From a virus, in UHGV virus genome UHGV-0026213: a stretch of 64,000 nt of DNA; one strand, given 5' to 3'. The notes below the pieces were generated by a model. It was not told the DNA's origin. It saw only the letters and a list, made by a program, of their open reading frames with translations, and made no database searches. The translations under genes were made by a program, and so were the position numbers. Positions within the stretch are counted from its first letter, which is position 1. Each line of letters begins with the position of its first letter. This document shows, piece by piece, positions 57,037 through 64,000 of the stretch.

Positions 57037-57597
57037 TTGTCGAGCTATCAATCGGCGGTACACGTTTTAATACTACACATCAACTCCGGGCGTTTCGTTA
57101 TGTTAACGGTACGTAAAGAATCTGAAATTGGTAACGATCTTTTTAATGCGCCCGAAGACTATAAAGTCGTTACCATTAACTGCGTAGGAGCGATGGGACG
57201 TGGCATTGCACTCGCGTGTCGTGAACGCTACCCCAACCTTTATCAAGATTACCGTAAGCGGTGTCGTGAAGACGAAATTAAGATTGGAAGCGTTTACGTT
57301 TACTCTGACGAAAAGTGTATCTTGCTCCCCACGAAAACACATTGGCGTTTAAAATCCCAGGTTTCTTATGTTACTGCGGGCATTACCGCACTAGCGGATT
57401 GTGCTGAGGATCTGGATACCAGCGTTGCTATCCCTCCATTGGGAATGGCAAACGGGTGGTTAGATTCCTGGGAAAGACAAGAAATCTTTTTGTGGCTTTA
57501 CAAAAAACTTGAACCGAGGAGGCAACGCTACACGTTATACTTACCTGTTAAGTTGTATCAAGAAGCAGAGTCATTAATTCCAAACTCTTTTAAATAG
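57037..57597 (+). CDS. Macro-domain-like protein (possible ADP-ribose processing enzyme); start uncertain
   Basis: VVTINCVGAMGRGIALACRERYP resembles the N-x-V-N-x-x-G-x-M-G-x-G-I-A signature of TARG1/DarG-type macro domains. Confidence 0.45.
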   Translation: MSSYQSAVHVLILHINSGRFVMLTVRKESEIGNDLFNAPEDYKVVTINCVGAMGRGIALACRERYPNLYQDYRKRCREDEIKIGSVYVYSDEKCILLPTKTHWRLKSQVSYVTAGITALADCAEDLDTSVAIPPLGMANGWLDSWERQEIFLWLYKKLEPRRQRYTLYLPVKLYQEAESLIPNSFK

Positions 57598-57697
57598 ATA
57601 TTATCATTAGGGCACACAACAAAGGAGTATTAGCTGTCCGCGCCGTCATTTCGTCTTACGGAATACGGAAATGTATAAATCCAACTGGAGAAACAAA

Positions 57698-58396
57698 ATG
57701 TTTCGTATCTTCTTTCTTTTACTGGTAACACTTTTCGCGTTTAACGCACAGGCGTCAACGTCAACGCCACATTCTAAGCATCAGCGTGAGTTTGCACAAA
57801 TCCAACATCGGTTCGAAAAAGTCAGCCCGTTAATTGTGGAAATCTCACGAAAGCAGGGCGTTGATCCCAAGCTGATGATTACGCTGATTTATCGTGAATC
57901 GCGTTTTGATCCCAAGGCTTACAACAAAAGCTCACGAGCACATAGCCTGGTACAGATGCTTCCAAGTACCAAGCGTAATCTGCTAAAGCTTTATGGAAAA
58001 GAATTAGGTCTTAGTCAGAACGCTGATTTGTATAATCCGCGTAATGCTGTTTTGCTGGCTACCGCGTATGTTAAACATCTTGAGAAGGGGTTAACCAAAC
58101 GACTCAAACGCAAGCCCACCATGGCTGAAATTGCGTTAGCTTACCACTGGGGTGAAAGTGGCGCTCACACGCGAATCAAAAGCAAATCTCGAGCAGCACA
58201 ACGAGAAATGGCAGGCTTTATGAAAGACGCCGCGTTCTATAGCGCGAAAATCGATGTGCCTGTTGTTGTGGGCTCGGCCCCACGTCAGCTTGCGTTTGCG
58301 AAGAAAACACCACGTCAGATTCAACTGGCGGAAGTTAGTAGAATTTGGGATACGATAAACACGAGTTTTCCAATCAATAGAGGAGTTACCCTTTGA
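57698..58396 (+). CDS. Secreted lytic transglycosylase (SLT-domain) protein
   Basis: Signal peptide MFRIFFLLLVTLFAFNAQA; ESRFDPKA and SLVQM resemble SLT catalytic-region motifs. Start set to ATG at 57698 (GGAG RBS); the listed ORF begins at 57671. Confidence 0.6.
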   Translation: MFRIFFLLLVTLFAFNAQASTSTPHSKHQREFAQIQHRFEKVSPLIVEISRKQGVDPKLMITLIYRESRFDPKAYNKSSRAHSLVQMLPSTKRNLLKLYGKELGLSQNADLYNPRNAVLLATAYVKHLEKGLTKRLKRKPTMAEIALAYHWGESGAHTRIKSKSRAAQREMAGFMKDAAFYSAKIDVPVVVGSAPRQLAFAKKTPRQIQLAEVSRIWDTINTSFPINRGVTL

Positions 58397-58902
58397 GCAT
58401 CGTAGTAACCGATTGGTATAAAGGCATTACAAAAGCCGCACAATTGACCGCGAAAGACGTTTACAGTATCGTCCGAAGCAGTATCGAAGACGAGATTAAG
58501 TCGGATGAAGAATTCGCTGAGAAACACGAATTTTACGATGCTTTACCCACAGCATTCGGTGATGACGAAGAAGAAGGTTTAGAGTTTGACTGGAACGTCA
58601 ACCTTGCCTTGTTGTGGATTTGTGGTTTACGACCAACGGTAAAAGAAACCGAAGAAGGGAAAGTCTTGCTTTGGAATTTTACCGGGCAGTATAACCGTAA
58701 TTTAGTCTTTAAACAGGCGTATATGGACGCTACTGTAGAACTTCAAAATCTACTGCTTGGTGAAAACACATACTGCCAGCGTAGTTTTCTAACGATTCTG
58801 GAAAAACTTGTGTCGACACACAAGGTCTGGCGTAAAGAAGACGCCCCAGAACACATGTTCATTTTAGAGTACGCTGTCATTCCAAATCAGCCGTTCTTCT
58901 AA
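58393..58902 (+). CDS. Hypothetical protein (TTG start)
   Basis: 169-aa ORF, AGGAG RBS. Confidence 0.5.
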   Translation: MSIVVTDWYKGITKAAQLTAKDVYSIVRSSIEDEIKSDEEFAEKHEFYDALPTAFGDDEEEGLEFDWNVNLALLWICGLRPTVKETEEGKVLLWNFTGQYNRNLVFKQAYMDATVELQNLLLGENTYCQRSFLTILEKLVSTHKVWRKEDAPEHMFILEYAVIPNQPFF

Positions 58903-58907
58903 TCCCT

Positions 58908-58947
58908 ACCCCTTACCCTTTGTGGAGTAAGGGGTACTTTTATTTTC
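58908..58947 (+). terminator. Intrinsic terminator
   Basis: accccttac-cctttgtgga-gtaaggggt followed by acttttattttc. Confidence 0.7.
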
Positions 58948-58968
58948 ATTCCCTAAAGGAGCAGAGTT

Positions 58969-59448
58969 ATGATAAAGTTCATTTGGCGTTATCCAACGCG
59001 TTTTTGGTTTGTGGTACTTGAATTGTTTATGGTCCTTGTGGCGATTACTTTTGTCGAAGCGCCCGCCTCGCAGTTGGCTATTTTCTGCCTTTTCGTGACT
59101 GTCCCTGTATGGGTGATTGCGAAGGCTATTAAGTTCGTCATGGTGTGTTGGGCGAATTATACCTGTCCGTATAAACCTAAACAAATCATGAACTGGCTGA
59201 TGTATATTGAAGAACGTTTACCGGCGCAGCATAAATTACTGGGCTGGTCGTCAATGTTGGATATTGCGCTAGAAACCAATGCAAAGTTTCCCGGTGCGAA
59301 AAACCCTTATTTGTTGATGGCAGTAATTGTTGCACAACAAAAACTGGTAGGTGACCGTTGGTTGCCAGAAGAAGCGAAAGCGTATATCCGTAAACATCCA
59401 AAAGCTTTTTACTCGGTAGGACAATGGCGTAACTTGCCATTATTTTAA
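58969..59448 (+). CDS. Integral membrane protein
   Basis: Two or three hydrophobic helices in the N-terminal 70 aa. Confidence 0.55.
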   Translation: MIKFIWRYPTRFWFVVLELFMVLVAITFVEAPASQLAIFCLFVTVPVWVIAKAIKFVMVCWANYTCPYKPKQIMNWLMYIEERLPAQHKLLGWSSMLDIALETNAKFPGAKNPYLLMAVIVAQQKLVGDRWLPEEAKAYIRKHPKAFYSVGQWRNLPLF

Positions 59449-59501
59449 CTTTTTACATAACCCTTAGTTGATTTGAACAAACCTAAAAGAGGACTATTAA
59501 A

Positions 59502-60434
59502 ATGACTTTTCCATCAGAAGTAATTTACGAACTGGCTAACACACTGCGTCGTCGTTATAACCACCATATACTGCAAACCAGCGTAGACCAAACCGCTGCT
59601 TTTCTGCGTAATCACTTCCTAGGCAGTAATCAGCCTTCAATTACGCAGAAAGAGATTTTCTCTATTGATCGTACCACCAAAATTCTTCCGATTGACGGTG
59701 CAATTGCGGTTCTAAATGGGGATACGTTCAACTTCTCCATGGGAATGCGCCATACATCCGTTACTGTTGACCCAGGCGTAGGGAACGAACTTTCTTTCAT
59801 GCGCAACCCGTATCCTCTCCCGGATAACTGGTTCGTTGTTGTAGAACAAGGGGTGAATCAGTACGAAGTTGTTGCGGCACGCGACGAGTCTTTCTTTGAC
59901 TTGGGGCAGATTTCACGCCGCCTGGAAATTGCTCTCGAACTTCGCCAGGGCAATATCGGATTAAATGGGGGTGTTGTCTACTTCATCCTGAGCAATTGGT
60001 CGCATGTGAGCTACGTCCTGAGAAAAGCTGACGCAACATTCCACGCAACAGAAGTAAGTTACCTCTCCGCTGAGAATGAAGATCAAGACGAAGAAGAAAC
60101 GGTACCTGGCACAGAAGTCGCCGTTTGTGAAAACTACGATGATCTGAAATCTGTGCTCGTTAAGCGTGATGTTTTCGAATCGTTAAACCTGGATTTCCCT
60201 GGTGACGAAAATGAAATATCCGTAGCTGACCTGGTAGAAGCATTGTGTCAGAAAGACCAAGCTAATGAAATCAGTGACGAAGAAGCAGAACTCTTCCAAG
60301 TTCAACAACTCGTCAGCAAGGTTATCGGTGGGCAGGGAATCGTTGACACCCTTATGGCTTTACCGCCGAAGAAACGTACTCAGAAGTACATTCGTGAACT
60401 GGTTCTTGAAAACCTGGGTCAAACCAAAAAGTAA
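59502..60434 (+). CDS. Hypothetical protein, paralogue of the 60496 gene
   Basis: Shared blocks (NWFVVVEQG/GWKILFDCG; GGVVYFILSNW/GDTVYFIFRTW). Confidence 0.6.
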   Translation: MTFPSEVIYELANTLRRRYNHHILQTSVDQTAAFLRNHFLGSNQPSITQKEIFSIDRTTKILPIDGAIAVLNGDTFNFSMGMRHTSVTVDPGVGNELSFMRNPYPLPDNWFVVVEQGVNQYEVVAARDESFFDLGQISRRLEIALELRQGNIGLNGGVVYFILSNWSHVSYVLRKADATFHATEVSYLSAENEDQDEEETVPGTEVAVCENYDDLKSVLVKRDVFESLNLDFPGDENEISVADLVEALCQKDQANEISDEEAELFQVQQLVSKVIGGQGIVDTLMALPPKKRTQKYIRELVLENLGQTKK

Positions 60435-60442
60435 TTTAAATC

Positions 60443-60478
60443 CCCTACTCCTCCGGGAGTAGGGTTAATTCTTTTTCC
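60443..60478 (+). terminator. Intrinsic terminator
   Basis: ccctactcc-tccg-ggagtaggg followed by ttaattctttttcc. Confidence 0.8.
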
Positions 60479-60495
60479 ATCTTAGGAGTATTAAA

Positions 60496-61047
60496 ATGTT
60501 TCCATCGTCTGAATATTTAACTCATCTGGCTTACGGTATTCGTCGTGGTTCTGTTTTCCGCACACGTTTAAAGGATATAAATTTCCTGGCTAATTTCTTA
60601 TTTGATCGTTTGTGGGATGGCGATAGTGTTTACAAAAAGATCACCGTAACGCAACTTTATTCCCTTATAGCAGCATCTGAAATTGTGCCTACAGATATTC
60701 ATCGATTCAAACGACAACATAACGGGGAGGTTACAATCAGCTTTCTTGATCGTTCTCCTATTACCGTTGAAATCGACGATCGTATTGACGCTAATAGTGA
60801 AATGTCTGGTTGGAAGATTCTTTTTGATTGTGGCAATCGTTATGCGGTACTTGGTTCCTCTGATGAGCGCGACTTCCCTTTCGACAAACCCTACTACTAC
60901 CTCAGCGAAGACGATTTCCCGGATAAAGAATCTAACATCTTTTTAAACGGAGACACAGTTTACTTCATTTTTCGTACCTGGAACGATGTTGCTGCTATGA
61001 TTGCTCAAGGCGTCATCGATTACCGTAAACTAGAAGTCGACATTTAA
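60496..61047 (+). CDS. Hypothetical protein, paralogue of the 59502 gene
   Basis: See 59502; preceded by aggagtattaaaATG. Confidence 0.6.
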   Translation: MFPSSEYLTHLAYGIRRGSVFRTRLKDINFLANFLFDRLWDGDSVYKKITVTQLYSLIAASEIVPTDIHRFKRQHNGEVTISFLDRSPITVEIDDRIDANSEMSGWKILFDCGNRYAVLGSSDERDFPFDKPYYYLSEDDFPDKESNIFLNGDTVYFIFRTWNDVAAMIAQGVIDYRKLEVDI

Positions 61048-61056
61048 AATAAAAGC

Positions 61057-61092
61057 TACCCTACTCCCGAAGGAGTAGGGTAATCTTTTTAG
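61057..61092. terminator. Terminator between convergent genes
   Basis: taccctactcc-cgaa-ggagtagggta followed by atctttttag. Confidence 0.75.
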
Positions 61093-61712
61093 TTAACTAA
61101 CCCGTTAGCTTTAAGAATCTCTAACATTTGGTTGTTTAACTCTTTTAATTTTTTGTTTTCTTCTGTCAACGCAGCAACTTTCTCACCTAATGGAATAGAT
61201 TCACGAATTTTATTTTTTCGTGCCGCTTCCATCTGCAAGTGTTGTTCCTCCGTTACCTTCCCCTCATACTCGAGCGTTGTAATTTCAACTTTCGGCTCAA
61301 TCCCCAGTGTATGCGTGAGAATATCTGAAACGTCTTTTGTTATAGACGACACTTTCACGTAATCCGGTACCAGTGCCAAATCTACCACTAACACATTTCG
61401 TTGATACGTGATCCCGGATAAACCTGGGTATGATTCCAGGTAGGTGTCAGGTATATATACAACTTGACCGTCCCGAGATTTAAATGTCAGAATCGACGCA
61501 CTAACATTCGCATCTGCTAAATATTCTTCACGTCCTAGCCCTACTGGCTGGTAATACGAGTTATAAACGTCAATATTCTGACGTACTAAATCTGGGAAGG
61601 TACGTGACGCTTCTACCGTATAAATGACGGTCTCGGCTAAAGTAAATGGTGTTTTTACTTTAAACAGTCCCGTGGTGTTGACCGGTACCTGGAGTGGTAA
61701 ACGCGTAGCCAT
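61089..61712 (-). CDS. Hypothetical protein
   Basis: 207-aa ORF; helical C-terminal tail (EENKKLKELNNQMLEILK). Confidence 0.55.
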   Translation of the reverse strand: MATRLPLQVPVNTTGLFKVKTPFTLAETVIYTVEASRTFPDLVRQNIDVYNSYYQPVGLGREEYLADANVSASILTFKSRDGQVVYIPDTYLESYPGLSGITYQRNVLVVDLALVPDYVKVSSITKDVSDILTHTLGIEPKVEITTLEYEGKVTEEQHLQMEAARKNKIRESIPLGEKVAALTEENKKLKELNNQMLEILKANGLVN

Positions 61713-61715
61713 TCA

Positions 61716-63089
61716 TTACTCCTCGTCTAACTCGGTGTACCATTTCGCTTTCCGAGACAGGATACGATATTCTACGTTGTCGTATTCAAACACCCAGAAG
61801 TAGTTATCAGGGTCGGCCTCATCGACCAGTTTTACAACATCTAAGCTGGTTTGATACGGGTGGTATTCTTCCGCAGCAATAAGTGCCTGGAAGAATAACG
61901 CCAACCATTCGGTCGTTGTTTTCGACATACGCGCAATATCAGGGTTAGTCGTCGCAATTAACGCATAATCCGGGATAGTTTCGTGTAAGGTCGCTTTCCG
62001 TGTATCGTTTTCCGGCCCACTGATTACAACGCAGTTTAATGATTTATAAACTGTTGGTAAGTCAGTTACGTCTGTTGTAGGTTTACTGATCGTTTTAGTA
62101 TTTCTTTCTGCTACCGTCTGGTCTGCCCATTCTCCAAACCGACTGATAGCTTTGACCCAGAAATCATATGGAAGGATGGGGGAATAAAGCGCCGCCACAT
62201 CTTCCTCATTGGGTATCCCACGAATTTTCCATCCAGGGACAATTGTAAATTTCGTGGTAGTGAAAATTTCGGGAAATACTTTTACCCCGATAGGGACAGT
62301 AAAGCTAGAATTAGCGAGAATATGTTCTCGCAACGCTTGCTTTATTTTCGTTGGGTTTTTTCCCGCACGTCCGTAGATAATAACCGACATTGGGACAACT
62401 AGGGTAGACTCGTAGTTTTCTTGATCGTGCCAAGTATAGTAGTTGGTTTGGATAGCGGTATAAGGAAACCCTGCCATTAACTCATTGATTTTCTTATGGT
62501 GTTCGGTAAGGTTAAACCCTTCCATCGCCTTTTCAACGACTGACTTGGTCGACAAAAATGTGTCGATTGGCGAAATCGGCATCTGTACTTCGATTTCGAA
62601 CCCTGTGTAATCTTGATCGAAGTCTTCATCCGAGAACCAAACAATGATCTGATTATCTACATCAGTGTCATCTTGTACTTGATCTGCCGTTACTTCATAT
62701 TTCCAGCTCACCCAACGTGGGAACCAGTTACTGTTCGTCTGTATCATCGCACCAGACTGAACACCAGAAATGGTTGATTGGAATTGGCCTAATAACAGGC
62801 GCTGGAATTCGAGTTCGTCATTTCTCAGATTCCCCAAGATGGCTTGCTGGTAAATCCATTGAGAAACGGTTAGAATATGATCAGAAAATTCGGCTGGTAC
62901 AACAACCGTCTGTTTTTCTCGTTTAGACGTAAAAGTCACCAATTGAACTTGCAGATTGGTTTTAGTAAACGTCTGTTTACTCTTCGCGTACGAGAGTGTC
63001 AAATCCGACAGCTCGCCCACCGGAGCGGTGACGCCGTCCTGATTGTCAAACAGTGCCGGTATCTGAATAAAACCTTGTAAGTCTAACAT
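61716..63089 (-). CDS. Hypothetical protein
   Basis: 457-aa ORF. Confidence 0.55.
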   Translation of the reverse strand: MLDLQGFIQIPALFDNQDGVTAPVGELSDLTLSYAKSKQTFTKTNLQVQLVTFTSKREKQTVVVPAEFSDHILTVSQWIYQQAILGNLRNDELEFQRLLLGQFQSTISGVQSGAMIQTNSNWFPRWVSWKYEVTADQVQDDTDVDNQIIVWFSDEDFDQDYTGFEIEVQMPISPIDTFLSTKSVVEKAMEGFNLTEHHKKINELMAGFPYTAIQTNYYTWHDQENYESTLVVPMSVIIYGRAGKNPTKIKQALREHILANSSFTVPIGVKVFPEIFTTTKFTIVPGWKIRGIPNEEDVAALYSPILPYDFWVKAISRFGEWADQTVAERNTKTISKPTTDVTDLPTVYKSLNCVVISGPENDTRKATLHETIPDYALIATTNPDIARMSKTTTEWLALFFQALIAAEEYHPYQTSLDVVKLVDEADPDNYFWVFEYDNVEYRILSRKAKWYTELDEE

Positions 63090-63114
63090 AATTAAAAATA
63101 CTCCGAGGTGAGCA

Positions 63115-63618
63115 ATGGGTTCATTTTTTAAAGTGCTTCCGTTCTTCCTTCAGATGTTAATGGAAGCATTTAAACCAGGAGAAGGAGAAAACGTATCAAG
63201 AGCAAGCAAGATAATGACTTTAATCATCACGATCTTGTTGTCGTATTCTGGCTTCGTCTCCTACGCCTATGTACAACAGTTTCACGCGCTCGTTGCAGTG
63301 CAGTCTCATGACACGTATATGTCGCAGTCTTACCAAGAGATGAAACAAGATCGAGATAAACTAAAAGAAGATAATGGGAAGTTATACGACAGGCTCTTCG
63401 TTTGCCTCGGCCAGAAACCGCCATATGAAAGCACGTTTAATTCATCGAAAGCGAGCGGTACGGCGAAGGATCTGTCTTCGACAAAACCAGAAACTCCTGT
63501 TAATCCAGCTTCAACACCAGAACAACGTAAAGAGGCTTCGGCGAGACCTGTTGGCAATTTAAATGCGAACAGCTTTCGACAGGAGATCATAAAGACGCTA
63601 ACGTCTTCTAAGGAGTGA
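63115..63618 (+). CDS. Membrane-anchored protein with charged helical region (spanin-like topology, speculative)
   Basis: N-terminal transmembrane segment (IMTLIITILLSYSGFVSYAYV) then QSYQEMKQDRDKLKEDNGKLYDRL. Confidence 0.45.
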   Translation: MGSFFKVLPFFLQMLMEAFKPGEGENVSRASKIMTLIITILLSYSGFVSYAYVQQFHALVAVQSHDTYMSQSYQEMKQDRDKLKEDNGKLYDRLFVCLGQKPPYESTFNSSKASGTAKDLSSTKPETPVNPASTPEQRKEASARPVGNLNANSFRQEIIKTLTSSKE

Positions 63619-63621
63619 TTG

Positions 63622-64000
63622 ATGAAAATGCTGTTATTCATCATGATGGTGTTCGTGGGGTTGGTGAGTAATAGCTACGGCGACGAAGTTAAACGTCCAG
63701 CTTATAGGCCACTGGAACTTCCTCCTACACCGCCAATAATGGTGAATTGGAAAATTGACAATAATGCAATGCGTGAGTATGTTGCGGATGTCAACACCTA
63801 TGCTTACTACGTTTATGTCTACACCCGAAATTTAAACCAACAAGCCGTTAAACGTGGCTGGAGCCCACCAATGCTGGCTCCACTTTGTGAACGTTATGAG
63901 TTACCGAAGTTACATGTTGTACCTGAACGCTTATCTCTTGATGAAAGTTCTTTAACGCCCCAAGAGATTAGCCGTGATTTATCGCGTAAACTCAATAATT
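63622..64000 (+). CDS. Secreted protein, 3' partial (runs off window end)
   Basis: AGGAG RBS, ATG at about 63622, signal peptide MKMLLFIMMVFVGLVSNSYG, proline-rich LELPPTPP segment; no stop before window end. Confidence 0.45.
   Translation, partial: MKMLLFIMMVFVGLVSNSYGDEVKRPAYRPLELPPTPPIMVNWKIDNNAMREYVADVNTYAYYVYVYTRNLNQQAVKRGWSPPMLAPLCERYELPKLHVVPERLSLDESSLTPQEISRDLSRKLNN

Noticed and set aside
1-64000. tRNA, rRNA, integrase, transposase or prophage attachment sites
   Set aside because: No tRNA-like T-arm/acceptor signatures seen in intergenic gaps by eye and no recombinase-like proteins among translated ORFs; a dedicated tRNA scan was not possible.

Overview
This window is a dense, strand-blocked coding region with many intrinsic terminators and no rRNA, tRNA or host housekeeping genes, so it is almost certainly part of a large virulent tailed-phage genome; the lineage is unresolved. 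The main candidate for an undescribed system is on the minus strand at about 21.6-27.1 kb: three tandem paralogous genes encoding leader-plus-Cys/Gly/Ser-rich-core peptides, followed by two radical-SAM enzymes (one with a SPASM-like C-terminus) and three unknown genes, sitting directly downstream of the tail-fibre genes. Positions 1-8.7 kb (+) hold a long tail fibre gene (running in from upstream) with fibre repeats and a C-terminal self-cleaving chaperone domain, two glycine-rich adhesin-like paralogues, and an SGNH/SASA-like esterase whose start sits on a G9 homopolymer. Positions 27.2-42.2 kb (-) encode four further fibre or spike proteins (401, 1727, 1402 and 1440 aa) that share an N-terminal module. 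The remaining plus-strand blocks (8.8-21.5 kb and 45-61 kb) are small genes in several paralogue families, including a GH108 endolysin, an M15-like peptidase, a lytic transglycosylase, a tandem array of five secreted proteins, a Rad50/SbcC-like ATPase and a GNAT plus macro-domain pair. A 25-bp promoter-like motif containing TATATTAC occurs four times. All calls rest on reading the sequence and remembered family motifs; no database search was run, and hand-counted coordinates for non-CDS features may be off by 1-2 nt.
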